Shown: positions 1 to 13,077, numbered from the stretch's first letter. The stretch is 64,000 nt of DNA from Basidiobolus meristosporus CBS 931.73 (GCA_002104905.1 MCFE01000152.1:89079-153078); one strand, 5' to 3'. Made by a program: numbers and translations. The notes: generated by a model from the sequence alone, not told the origin.

Positions 1-2225
1 GATTACCCACACATTGGGGCTGCGTAGCTTCTTAATGCCATAGGCATAGGTGTCTCTATGTGCACATTTGCCCTCAGTATTTTCCAACTCTTTCTGGCTG
101 TCTTCCATGTGCCAACTCATCACATCTATGATGGCTTGAATGTAATATTCTAGATGAGATTGGGATATGGTAGTACCTGCAACTTTACTCATCTTGCTAT
201 CTCCCCACACATCCGCTCCATAGGAAACTCCCAAAAAGCGAAGCAAGGCCCAATATTCTCCACACACCATGCAAGATGGAGTAGAGAATGGATACAGTAG
301 CAGCAGAGATCTACATGTTCAGCTTTATGTTTGTAGTATAGCTGCTCAAATCCTGTCACAAACTCCTCACACAACAGCTGTAGATGAATCAAGTTGGCAT
401 TGGTGATCTGCTTCTGGATAAATATTCCTACAATGTCCACATATGACTCCCAATGCTTCCAATGTACTCTTGGTAGGAATGGCTTCAAAACACCACTTGA
501 ATAAATACATATCCAGTTCATCCAGTCTTTGCATTTGTATTGTTGCATATGCATATGAATATTAATTGGAGCCTGTGTGAAGTACTTAGGATAGCAGATA
601 CTCTGTAATATCTTGCCAATTTCTTCAAATTTCTCCGGTATCTCAAGGGGCTCATTTAGCTTGAAATATCCCATGTACAACTTGGTCATCAGTATAGGGA
701 TACTATTGAAAAGCAAATGCATTGCTCCCAGTGGAAAGCTTTTGCTCCAACAGATACTCTTTATCTTAAGTATCCAGTTTCCAATTGATTCCATATTCCA
801 GCCAATGGCTTATAGCATGCCAACTTTGCTGCAGTTGCATGCTTACTTCTGTACATTCTTTCTGTGAAAAGATGATGTTCTTAGTGCTGGTTTTTGGGTA
901 ATAATAATGTATGTGAGTTATGGAGTAAATCCCCTGGATCTCACACATTTGACAGCAATACTGTCCATTGTGCCTGGAAAAACCTGCTATCTTGCTGATG
1001 GCTGGGGTATCTCCAATGCAGATAATAATATGTGCATTCACATGACAGCCATTTACTGTTATCCTGCTGGAAATCATACAAAATTCATCCAGCAATGGAT
1101 ACAGGTAGCTATCCAGGCTGGACAGTGATTTAGGCCCAGATACCAGTGAGACTACCATCAGATTGTTGCTCTGATACCGTAAGATGGGCAGCAGATTCAG
1201 ATTGATGAGAATCAGTGGCCAGCAGGATTTGCTGGTAGAGTTCTTGTTTAATGAGAATTCTTCAAGTGCTAAAGCAAAGGCATGTTCATACATACCTTCA
1301 AAGTAGCCCTTGCTTCTTAGCTGTTTGTAATGTTTGCCATCAAATATACTGGATATGTTTGCACTTAATTGATACTGAGTGTGGTACTGTATAGCTTTGC
1401 AATATTTGTTGGACTGCATCAGCTTCCTCAGACAGGGTATGACCAGAATATATCCAGAGTGTGAACAATGTTTTCCCTCAATGGTGGTGGATTCCTGACA
1501 ATTTGGACATGTTGCAATGGTAGCATTTTTGGATGTCAATGCCATGCAACTGTTAGCACATGCTGGAATCAGGACAGTCTCTGGATCATATGTTGCCACC
1601 CACATGATGGTTGTCCACTTGTACCATGTACATGGTAAGTTGCATCCCAGTATGATTTTGACAAGAAGTAGTAATAAATCCTCAAGCCCCTGTTACTGAT
1701 ATTAGTGGAAACACACCACTTCTCTAGCCACTACATTACATCATTCACCAGTAGATGGATTACTGGGCTCACTTGGCTCCATAAAGTATCCTTGGCATTT
1801 GTTTCAACAGGTGTTGTCTCAATGCATATAGGGATTTGACTGGTCTCATACAAGGTACTGTTGTTGGGGGAGATAGGCTCAAAATCCATCAGTGAACCTT
1901 CTTTGTCAGAGCTATTACTCTGTGTGCCATATTCAGAAGGCTGAGGTGAGCCTAAAGGTGTCACAAACTCACCTGACTCAGTTTGTGCAAGGTGACAAGG
2001 ATGGCCAGGTGCCAATATAAAAGTATCAACTAGGTGGCAAGAAAATGTTGGTACAGTGGTGACCAATGAATGGTCAAATATGACTTGGGTGGCAAAACAC
2101 TGGCTGTGATCCTTGTAATACTTCCTATGCTGTCTGCGTGCTTCATGGCTGAGAGGCTTGCCACAATAGCCACATGGTCTTTTTTCTCTTCTCTTACAGC
2201 GTTGAGTCACAGCAGTCTTGTCCAT
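1..2225 (-). mobile_element. Decayed CACTA/EnSpm (Tnp2, Transposase_21-like) transposase, broken into ORFs 1731-2225, 766-1605 and 189-794; runs off the left edge
   Basis: Motifs typical of Tnp2 transposases: CANSC..CPNC, SCWPLILINLNL, GPKS..DSYLYPLLDEF, IGDTPAISK..HNG..CQMC, FPMERMCG. Frameshifts, stops and strong CpG depletion. Confidence 0.85.
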
Positions 2226-2447
2226 GGGGCAAACAGTTTGACCTTCAACAACATAACACTATTATATCACTTTTTGGTCAATACTCATGTGAACTTAAGT
2301 CAGGCATGTATTTGAGACATTGCACCTACATGAATGCAAGATTCAATGATGACCCGCCATAGTGAGTATTATAAATAAAGCTGTGACACCACATACACAC
2401 GTATATGTAACACTATTTCCCCTTTGGTTTGACTCATTTCCATATAT

Positions 2448-4747
2448 ATGCCTCCAAAAAATAAAGCAAAGTCATCTGGTTCTCAACCAAACCCCACTGC
2501 TGATGTCAACAGAAGAACAGTTGGACAACAGCTTGCTTTGACATTCAGTGCAACAAGCAGGGCTACATCCAAAAAAGGCCCTGTGGACAGTGTGCTCATT
2601 GAAGGTAACAATGCGGACTCCTCAGGCTCTGAGTCAAGTAGGCAATTGAGAACCTCTGTGGAGCCACAAGCAGACTGTTATGCTCAGGCAGATGAGAATG
2701 TAGCAAATGCAGTACCCTCAGCTGAAGATCAGCAAGTGGCCATGATAACATCACCACCACCCATATTAGCAAGTATGTTGTCAGCTCATACTGAAGCATT
2801 AATGAAGCAATTAGACTTGTTCCATTGTGCCATTGATCATAGTACCAGAAAGTGCTGTATATTTTGCTATTAATTTGATATTTTAGGGTTGCATGCATGT
2901 CAATTTTGATCCCAAGTTGGCACTGTTTGGCACCATCAGGCACTCTGTGGCATGATCAGGCACTATCTGGCATGCTATGGCATTATTGGGCACTATGATC
3001 AGCTGGAATGATGGAACAAGTGTATTTGGTGCAATGGCTGATAGGATAGATACAATGGCCCAGAGAAATCAGGAAGTAGTCCAGAAACAGGATGAGCAAA
3101 TAACACATGTAGAGCAATCAATATCCCAGGTAGAGAAAGCAGTTTCTTTTCTGCAAAGAAGGAACTCAAGTGGCTCAATGTCACAGCCAAGAATTGAGCC
3201 ATTTCCCAATGTAACAGCAGAGGAACACTGTACAGTCTTTGAAGCACAACAACAGTGCCCAAAGATAAAGCCCACAGAAAAACCTATCACAGCGTGGGAG
3301 GGAGACAATGTGGTGTTAATACCCAAGCCTAAAAATCAAAAGACATTGAAGATCCATGAAGCTGTTGAGTGCAATAATGAAGAGTGGGCTAATATGCAAG
3401 AGGCCATCAGAAGTCTAGCATGCTATCACCTTAAGGCCAGCATACCATGGGACCATCAGGAACTCAAGGCCAAGCAGAATGCACTAGACTTGTTCCATGA
3501 GCATTATCCTGGATTCAAATAGGCAAACAGTTTTTGGACCAGCACTGGTATACTAAGAAAGTATCTTAAGAATAGCAGAAACAATCAAAGGCAGAAGAAC
3601 AAGGGTGCCATGGCTAAAAACCAGCGGCTTCCTCAAGAGCCTGTTACAAGCAGGGCCAAAAGCTCCAGACAAGCGTCAAAGAGATGTCAGGCAGCTGGAA
3701 GAGTGCCAATTAAGGACAATCAGGCAGACATGGATGCACCAGCACAACATTTATCAAGGAAAAAGCAAAGTACCACTCAAGAAGCACCCAGTCAAAGTAG
3801 CAGTGGAGGACCTGGCTGTGATAAAAACCAGCCGCTTTTACAGGAGCCTGTCACAACTACGGTTGAGAGCTCAAAACAAGCTGAAAAGAATTGTCAGGTT
3901 GCCAGAAGAGTGCCAGCAAGGGACAAGCAGGCCAAAACAGATGCGTCAGAGCAGAATTTATCCAGGAGAAAATGTAGTTCTTTACAAAAAGCACTCAGAC
4001 AAAGTAGCAGTGAAAGACCGGGCAGTGATAAAGGAAAAGATAAAGGGAAAATGTCTACCCAAGCCTGAGACAGGGAGGCATGCAAAAAAACTGCAATTCT
4101 TGCCAATTGATTCCACAAGCCAGGAACAGACTGAATCCCATCATAGCCAAGAAGAATTACAAACAAGAAAACAGCTGCTTTCACAAGAGTTGGAAGCGCA
4201 GCCAGTTGAGCTACACTCCAGCAAGGTAGATGAGTTTGATGAAAAAGGCAATTTGTCTACCACAGCCTCCACAGCTTCCATTGTTGACAGAGTGGAGATC
4301 CCACTGGCAGACAAGGCTACAACATCAAGAGCTCAAAAGACTATCACAATGCCTTCAGTGGAGTTTTGGAACATTAATAGGTACACCAAGAGGTTGCAGC
4401 ACTTCTTCAAGTGCAGCGCTCAAGAAAACGCACTGGAATATTGCATGGATTTATTGCAAAGACTAGCAGATGTGGAGCTGGACCTTGCAGTGCCAGCTGA
4501 AGACCAGGATGTGTGGGAACCAGTGAATGAAAAGTGGCATAAAGCCGTTGGGATCCCACCAAAGTTGTGGAACCAGAGCATTACAGCAGAAGTACCTATT
4601 GAGTGGTGGATTTTAATGGAGTTACTTGTTGAGTGCGGGGTTGGGCTTAATGTTAGAGTAGGGTATAGAGGCTTGTATAGGTCAATACAACTGGTAATTG
4701 AGGTACAACTGAAGTTTCAATGGAAATATATCAGTTTGTATGCATGA
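2448..4747 (+). pseudogene. Divergently transcribed accessory gene of the CACTA element (fragments 2448-2873, 2977-3522, 3610-4068, then a frameshifted tail to 4747)
   Basis: 2977-3522 and 3610-4068 are in frame across one TAG. Same CpG-depleted composition as the transposase, and head-to-head with it across a TATAAATA at ~2370. Function is inferred from position only. Confidence 0.5.
3613..4035 (+). repeat. Two imperfect tandem copies of a 207-bp (69-codon) unit inside the accessory ORF
   Basis: TAAAAACCAGC at 3615 and 3822; CAAAGTAGCAGTG..GTGATAAA recurs at ~3793 and ~4000. Confidence 0.8.
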
Positions 4748-5060
4748 AAAGTAAGAGAAATGGCTGAGTCAGGAAGTAAGGAGTGTGAAAAAGAGGCAAT
4801 AGCCAATCAATTCACATAAATGTAGGAGGCAATAGAGTGTCTGGGATCAGAAAGTGAGCAAATTGGCAGGGAACCAATCAAAAGCCACTTATACATTGTT
4901 GTGATGAAAAATTTTGACAAAGTTTTTTGTGAAATCTGGGGTGCAATTATTTTTCAACAGTCTCTGGATGGTGTCCTGATGAGATCAGTACCTCTTAGTC
5001 ACGGGACATTAACTTTGTGATGGCCTTTTGATGGGATCATCTCAATAATCTTTCATAGGG

Positions 5061-5104
5061 TCAGCTTCTCAACTCTCAGACCTGGCTTACCAAGAAGATA
5101 TCTC
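5061..5104 (+). repeat. Isolated 44-bp fragment of SINE-like element C
   Basis: TCAGCTTCTCAACTCTCAGACCTGGCTTACCAAGAAGATATCTC is the reverse complement (1 mismatch) of C2 sequence at ~62747-62790. Confidence 0.85.
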
Positions 5105-5252
5105 ATATGTTCTGGGTACCTGGTATTTTGGTGAAAATATTCTAAGTAAACCCCAACAAGGAACTTGGTCAGTATTCTCTAGGATTTGAAGGTAATGATC
5201 TAAGTGACTAAGTTAGGTGAATATTTAGGTGGAATTACAAAATTTTACAACA
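5105..5252 (-). repeat. Partial copy of the dispersed AT-rich ~340-bp repeat
   Basis: Near-identical to 53045-53149 and reverse-complementary to 12700-12830. Confidence 0.85.
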
Positions 5253-6304
5253 TTTTAATGCCTTCCAGATATTCCTTACTGTTTTGCTTCTGAACATTGC
5301 AATACTGATTGCTAAGACATATACAGTTGGAGGCACCTTGTTCTTTCTTCTGGTGCTACAAGACTTCTTCTCCTATGCCTTTAACAAGTCATTCTACTAC
5401 TATAACAATATACCTGATGCCTTTTTCCTGTGGGATTTTCTTCATCTTCACCTTGCCGACTGGGTAGCCCAATCATTCAAACTTTTCAATAGAGGGAAGA
5501 ATTCCAGTGATGGCAATAGGGAGCATTCCAGAGAGTAACAGCTTGGGGTTCATATTTCTTTGTCAAAGTCATGTAGATATTCAAAGTGCTTTAGTAATCA
5601 AGAAAATTGCAAATTTTTCACTTAATGATTTCTTAGATGTGAAGGTGGTATTGATACTTTGACATAGGTTAAGTGTTGGCAAAACAAGAATGTATATTGT
5701 GCCTAAAAAGATTGTCAGAGCTTGTGTGCAAGTGTGAGACTCGTTGGACAACTCTGAAAACCTCTTGTTCTGGGCAATGATGTGTCAGTGAAGAAGTTTG
5801 AAGTAAATCCCAACAAGAAATTTGGCTAGAACCCTCTATGGCTTGCAGGAAATACAATAAGTGACTATACTGGGTAGATATTTAGGTTTAATTATGCAAT
5901 TTACAGCAAAAAAAGGCACTCCCATAGCATATCAAGATTAGCATGTATTTATACAATTAAAAAAATATTCAACTTGTCAAAATTGAAATAGTACATAAAT
6001 ATTAGTAATTATTTTGTATGGAAGCTGTAGAGAATAAGTTAGACAAACTAGCATACTTTACTACAGATGAATGATTGCTAACATATTCACCAAGTCAGTG
6101 CCCTAAAAAAATTGAGAAAAGGCCTGCTTAATACATTCATGATATCCACTGAATTCCAGGTTTCTTTAATATCAGCCAAAAATCAGATGACTTCTAAGTT
6201 TGAGATTTTCATTGGGCTAGCTAGAGACAAATATGAATATATTAGGCCATGATTGGAACTAGTCAATGAGAATAGTTAGCTGAGTGCAGGTATTGCAAAT
6301 TTTG

Positions 6305-6640
6305 TTATCACCCCTAAATACTCACCCAACTTTGTCCCTCAGATCATTGTCTACAAATCTTAGGGAAATCTGCCCAAATTCATTGTTGGGGTTTTCTTGT
6401 CAATACTTTATGCTCTGGGTACCTGATGTTTTGGTGAAAATATTGTAAGTTATCCAAGCAGCCCCCAGCACTGTACACATGCTCTTGGGACCTTACTAAA
6501 CATATTCAATGTGATTGTTCTGCCAAAACCATGTGAAAGGAAAAATATTACTTTTACATTCAATAAACCATTAAGTGAAAGCCACATAATCTACTTGTAC
6601 TCCTAATCACTTCTAATATCTCCAAAAGTCTTAAAACACA
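6305..6640 (+). repeat. Diverged, partly rearranged copy of the AT-rich dispersed repeat
   Basis: Shares CCTAAATACTCAC, TACTTTTACATTCAATAAA, CACATAATCTACTTG and AATATCTCCA blocks with 12700-13035. Confidence 0.7.
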
Positions 6641-7866
6641 AAGCATATTCTCAATGTTTACCCTGCGAGGGCCATACAGCAGAAGATGTATGAAGATTGG
6701 TAAGCTTATCAGGTCTCAGACAATTAGATCTCAATGCCAGAATAACATGGGGCAATAATGGTTCATAGAACCAATTCCAAATTTGTCTAGGTGCAAATAT
6801 GGGGGAAATTGTTTAAGAGTGAGGAATGATCGTAGTGCGTAACAAAGAATGATTTACACCTCTTGCATTGGATAAAAATCAAGATCAGACCCAACGTATA
6901 AGATAACGATTAGCTACGAAACCTTGTCGTTATGGATGACTTGGTGCTCCACTGATCATTTGCAACCTAAATCCCAATACTTTGTAACATAGTGATGCGA
7001 GACTAATTGATTGAGGTGTAGGTTGCAGCCTAGCTCACGTGAGTACGAGATGTATCAGAGTGAATACTCGTAAGTCAGCCTATCCGGGGGCGACTAGTCA
7101 AAAAAGAGGCCCCATATCGGGGCAAGTTTGTATATAGTTGTTCTGAAGCATTGCAGTGAGCGTGACCTAGATATGGGAAAGGAATTTTCAGCATTCCAAA
7201 TACTTCCTGATCTGAATAACCAAGCTGTGTATCCAAAATAGTCCATCCAGACACCATAGCACTAACCCATACTACTGATGATAGTGCCTAACTGGTACGG
7301 ATGAGGGTAGTGGCATACATCAAGAAGCAAACCAGTTGACTGGCCATGGCCTGATACGCACGCATTGGATCAGTTTAATCTGTTAGATCAATGTGAATCA
7401 AATTCCTACCTAAATGGCGGGATATTCAAGATAGACATTATTCGGAGCTCTGTTTTGACTAGCAGATCAGGCTTCGAAGGCACTGGGGGTTGATTTGGTA
7501 CTGGGGCTTGACCCTTGTTTTTATGGATTGATCCTACCGCCAAGGTACAATCCAGCCCTTACCATTTCTGAGGATATGTAGGTAATAGCCAGTTCAGATG
7601 ATAGGATAGGATCTATGGTGTGCGGTGTGTGGTGTGGTAGATCGTACGAGGGTGATTCACTTTAGTGTCATCTTCCAACTCCTTATTGCACTGGACCAGA
7701 TCTCTGACGAGTGGGGCCACAACAATAGATCAGCCAATCATCTCCCCCAACTGCCGACACCGTGAATGAACTTTAAATGCCAAACAAATTGGACCGAAGG
7801 GTTTCATTGTGGGATCTGTTTGACATAGTAAGTTGGGTTATATATAAACCAGCCTATGGGCAAGCG

Positions 7867-8064
7867 ATGGAACAAGCACAACAAATGGCTTTGCATAACG
7901 AAAACCTTGTACTTGTGCCCACTAATATCCAGCCCATCTCAGTCAGACGTTTGGAACTGGATCGACAGATTCCAGCGATTGTCCTAAAGCGCCGCAATGC
8001 CATTGCAGTTTCACCGCCTGACTCACTGGCGCCTCACTCATGGCGGATCCATTCTCCATACTGA
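7867..8064 (+). CDS. Possible 65-aa small ORF containing RRNAI
   Basis: CCAAT-like box at ~7735, TATATAAA at ~7841 and GCGATGG start context. No recognised domain. Confidence 0.2.
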   Translation: MEQAQQMALHNENLVLVPTNIQPISVRRLELDRQIPAIVLKRRNAIAVSPPDSLAPHSWRIHSPY

Positions 8065-9754
8065 AACTAAGTGGACTGAGAGACCTGACCTGAAAATCAC
8101 CACGCCTTAGCAAAATAGAGAAAATTCCTTCGAAGCAACATAGATGACCCAGTGTATCGTAAATAGGAGATCTCTCCCCACACTGACGAGACAATAAACA
8201 TACCAAATACGAGTTGATATTTGGCCAACTAACTGTTCTACTCGCTTCCAAATATGGGCTCCTTAATCGGGTTCTCACCAACACCCTAGGCCGGTGATTT
8301 CCAGCTATTACCTTTATACAGATTCAGATTCTTTGTGCCGGGCAGGGAATAATAGATTTCAGCCTCTGGAGTCTATGTCCGCCTTTAGGCCAACCCAGCT
8401 CCAGGTAATGGTTAATGTATACAGGCTCCGGAGCACAGCGATCGTTCTGATATATATGTAACCTGCATGCCACGGTTTACTCCGATATCAGCCAAGGTCT
8501 AGGATGCTATGGGAACCCGCCCTGACGGGCACTGTAGTCATGGCTATTGATTCTTGAGGCTGTCACCAATATATATTTGGAAGGATAGAGTTCAGACCAA
8601 TCAGCCTGCTCCTAGCTGAGCTATTCTTCGATCCCAACTGTGCACGTAGGAGCTAAATCCGGCCTCTGAAGAGCTTGGATTCTGTGCGTTCAGGAGTACC
8701 ACTCTGCGTCATTTCATAGGGAAGTGTGGTTGGCAATCCCGAAATAGGGCTGAACTATCGTATGGTAACGCTCGAATCTCTGTAAACTTCAGCCAATGCT
8801 TCAAGAATATGAAGGGGATAAACATCACGAATTATGGGTTTATTTAGATTCCTAAACAACAGAAACGGTGCTACATGACCAATAATTGCTGCCTATAGGA
8901 CGTCAGCTCCATCGGATTTGATTATCTTGAAACCAGTTTCAAGATCTAGTAAGTTGTAGATCATGTCCACCTCACGAATATCTAAGAATAATCCGCTTGG
9001 GCACGGGCGAAGGACACATGCAGCCATTGAACAGTCGGCTCCATGCACTTGACGCTGTTCGCCTACTAGTGCCTTAGTGCATAGCAGTAAGTGCAGCTTT
9101 TGGGGTTTTTGGCGGAGAGTTGGCGGAGAGGCGTTCGTCTGATTTCGGGATTAGAGAAACCCCTTTCCTCCCCTCAATGTAACCCTATAATATATAGCCT
9201 ATTTTCCCCTCGTGACACATTCGATTTATCAAGCGTTCACAGATCGCACAAACTGCACCTCGCATCTCTCCTGAGCTTTCTTTGGCATCCAGAACCAGTA
9301 CTAGTATCAACGGGACATGGTCTTCGAGATGGGAATAACTGGATCAATTGTATTGGTGAGGTTTATCATCAACAGAACAGAACCCACCATGCATGCAGCT
9401 CATTATTACCTTAACGATCAATATGATTCCAAACCTATTTCGTCACACCCAGCGTAGATGTGGCAGGAGTAGGCTGCTATTTCGATCGTTGGTCACTAAC
9501 TGTATTCCGAAAATGGTGTTTACAGTAGTCCCAGAGTTCCTGGGGTCGCCAATAACCTTCGACTCACCAATACAATGTGGCCCAATTGAGAGATTTGCAT
9601 TATGAAAAAAATGAGTCAGGCCACATATACTTGACGTCCGCTCGAGGTTACTGTTGCTTCTTTATAAACTTAGAGTAATCGGGTTGCGATCATAAAGTAT
9701 CTTTCAAACCGCATTAAGGGCATCTCCACCGCAAATAATCAGCTCGACTTGACC

Positions 9755-10591
9755 ATGAGAAGCATACCATCTCTAAGTTCGTACTCAGGAGTTCCAGAGT
9801 ATGTTGTTAGCTACGTGTCCGAGCAACCACCACTATCCTTGCCTTCGTCAAGCAACGGGGTCTCCATACATCTCTGCCTTCACGAATCTCCTGAATTCTT
9901 TAGCAATCCGAGACTAAATGGAACGAGCCTGCTGGAAGAAGCAACCATGTCTATTCCTACGGAGGGAGAGTTTTTCTTCGTACCTGAAGGCTTTGTACCT
10001 ATCCTGATAGTCGAATCGTTAACCTCGGTAATAGAATACAACTACCCGACCAATGCAGTCCCTTCGACCCAGCCCAGATTCCCCGGTCCGGTTTATTCCG
10101 CCTCGATCCACACTCAGCCGACTGGGAATGTACCTCCTCGCGATGTCAAGGCCCTGCATCCAGGAGCCTCAAATCCAGCCAAGACGAAGGGCCCGAAGCT
10201 CAAAAAGGCGCCACGACCTACCAATGCATTTATCATTTTCCGCAGGGAGAACCATGGACGCATATTCCAGCAGAACCCACATCTATCCAACAATGATGTT
10301 TCCAAGGCGCTGGGGAAAGAATGGAAGGAACTGCCGGAACACAAGAAAGATATCTACCGTGAAAAGGCGAAAAACCTTCAATTAGAGTATCAGCACAAGT
10401 ATCCCGACTACAGATTTACCCCTCCAGCACATCGCCAAAAACGCGCGAAAACGCCCAAGTTAGTCAGCGATTGCATGGAGCACACTTACACCAAGCCCAG
10501 CCATCCAGCCCCAGACACTACAATGCACACACGTCCTTCACAAAGTCCTTTTCATATATTGTATATTCCGAAGGTGGGCAGCTCCAGCTAG
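9755..10591 (+). CDS. HMG-box transcription factor (MATA_HMG/SOX-like, single box); a further 3' exon near 10746-11129 is possible
   Basis: APRPTNAFIIFRRENH..NPHLSNNDVSKALGKEWKEL..YREKA..YQHKYPDYRFTP. Confidence 0.88.
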   Translation: MRSIPSLSSYSGVPEYVVSYVSEQPPLSLPSSSNGVSIHLCLHESPEFFSNPRLNGTSLLEEATMSIPTEGEFFFVPEGFVPILIVESLTSVIEYNYPTNAVPSTQPRFPGPVYSASIHTQPTGNVPPRDVKALHPGASNPAKTKGPKLKKAPRPTNAFIIFRRENHGRIFQQNPHLSNNDVSKALGKEWKELPEHKKDIYREKAKNLQLEYQHKYPDYRFTPPAHRQKRAKTPKLVSDCMEHTYTKPSHPAPDTTMHTRPSQSPFHILYIPKVGSSS

Positions 10592-12699
10592 ATGTGGCCA
10601 TACACAAATTTGCAGGTCTTGCACCAAGAACACTCTATATACACACATGAATTTCGGGCTTCGTCTACAAGTACTATGACATTCCATCAGGGTGAAGGTG
10701 CACCCATGGAATATTCCTGATCAGAAGAGCAATCATTCGCATTGAATGGCCTCTAGATGCTCAATTTGCAGGATCCCATTGACGGGGGTGTTGGTATATT
10801 TACGAATGATCTCGCCTAGAGCGCACATTCACTCTGAATTGGATGTAAATAAACCTGACAAACCTCATATGATATCCATCTCCAAACAAAGCAAGGCTCT
10901 TACGTCTTCTCAGCTTCCAACAGATTCCTCTTGCTACACGCCACCAGTCCTTGCTGATAAGCCTGGCTTCAGCAAAAGCCATTCGACATCACCAAATCTA
11001 TTTCGGCCCAATATGAACGTGGCCCACCCTATGTTAACATGTATGGAAGGCCGCTCAAAGATCTTGCCATCAGTAGATAATCTGGCACATTTAGCCGTTG
11101 CTAAATATATTTTGTCTAGTTTGGTCTGAACCAACCCACCTGACAGATCCACTTGTTGATCTTCAACGACGATGGAATCACGATACTCCTGCCTAGTTGG
11201 ATACCCGGCTTATGAACACGGGTTCCAAGTATTTTGGTACAACCATGGTGCGAGATCGATGCAACTATTAATGACCTGCGGCTTATTGTTTCGGATAGGT
11301 TTGAACAATGAGAAGTAAATATTAGTATAGCGTTTATTTCTCATATAGTATATACTGATCGCCTAGTATATTTACCACACAAATATTCTTAACAGCCCTC
11401 CCGATATGCCAGAAGCTCAAGCCACTGCTCAGATACCATTCTACTGCAATATTTGGGTTTTGTTGGTGCATAGTTATTTTCCACCAATCACATCTAGTCC
11501 CTTTTTCATCCCAACTAGGCATGATTGGCTATATCCTCTATCTGATCTAAATGATAAAAATTGCCCTCTGGTCATTAGTATATTATTTTTAAGATTCTAC
11601 ATATATACTAGACTCAATTAGATTTGTGGATGTAAGTGGAAATACACCATAGGTATATCTAATAGAGCTTTGAATAGCTGAATACAGAACTGGTCCACAT
11701 TATAAATCAGAAATTGCCACCTATTCATGTTGCAAATTTGTAATTCAACCAGACTATTCTATTAACTTTGTCACTTAAAACATAATTAACCAACCTTAGG
11801 GTTTCTTCCCAAGCTTCTTGTCAAGTGTCACCTCAAATATTCTGCCAGGATGTCAGATACCCAGGGCTTGAAAAATTTCAATGCTGTCCAAAGTGTTGCA
11901 ATACTTTAGGGGCTTTTTGAAGTAATTTGGAGAACTAGAAGACTTGTACAGTATTTGCTGCTTGTTACACCAAGTTCAAGGAAGGCATTTGTACAATTGA
12001 AAATGGTTAGACTGGTGCAAAAAGGCTGCTGCCAGCTGTGTGAAGCATTGGTTGCTATTGAGCAGATTTAAAATACCAATGCTTCCAAACCTTCCTCAAC
12101 TAAAGAATTAGCTGATGTCCTACAAGCCAAATTAGAAGTAACTAAATCCTATTTTATCAACAAGTTGAATGGAATCTTGACTATGTGAATTCTTTGGTGT
12201 AAGCCAAATTTCTACTACAGTCAATATATTTCTGAATTACTTCACTAAACACTATTTATTTATTCAATACAGGCATGTATATATACCTTAGTAGGGTATA
12301 AACAACAAGTGTGCAGAGTGTGAGGCTGTTTGGATAACCTTGATCTTTCCTATTTTCTGGGTAACTGATGTTTAGGTGAAGCTATTCCATGTAAATCCTG
12401 ACAAGTAACATGGCCAGAATTTTCTAAGATTTGTAGACTGTGATCCAAGTAACCAAGTTTGGTGGATATTTAGGTACAATTCACAATAACAAGTTCACCC
12501 ATATTGATGATGTTGCAAGATTCTATGGAAAATTGATTGTGATCTTGGAAACTAGAGTTCCTTAATGCTCACCAGTTACTTTACCAAGTTCAAAATGCCA
12601 AGTTTCTTATTGATTTCACAAGAACTTTATTGAGCATAACATAGGAATGTTCCAAAAAAGGTCCCTGGAGGTGGTATACATGATGTAAAAATTCGTATT

Positions 12700-13035
12700 T
12701 CCACCTAAATATTCATCTAACTTAGTCACTTAGATCATTACCTTCATATCCTAGAGAATACTGACCAAACTCCTTGTTGGGATTTACAAAGAATATTTTC
12801 ACCAAAATAACAGGTACCCAGAACATGAAAATTCTCAGAGTTGTCCAAACAGCCCCAAACTTTGCACACATGTTCTTGAGACCTTCCTTAACCTATTCTA
12901 CATGTTTTTTATGCCAAGATCATGTAAAAGTAGAAATACTACTTTTACATTTAATAAATCATTAAGTGAAAATCACATAATCTACTTGTTCTCCCAACCA
13001 CTTCCAATATCTCCAAGACTCTTACAACAATACAG
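12700..13035 (+). repeat. Reference copy of the dispersed AT-rich repeat, with an internal 12-bp-stem hairpin
   Basis: Begins CACCTAAATATTCATCTAACTTAGTCACTTAGATCATT. Hairpin ATGTAAAAGTAG-AAATA-CTACTTTTACAT at 12922-12950. Confidence 0.85.
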
Positions 13036-13077
13036 TGCATACAGGTCTTTAGATGGGTTCAAAGATATTGTAGATTT

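Noticed and set aside
11790-11810. Single TTAGGG hexamers elsewhere in the window (e.g. 11797, 6360)
   Set aside because: Expected by chance and not followed by the element 3' hairpin.
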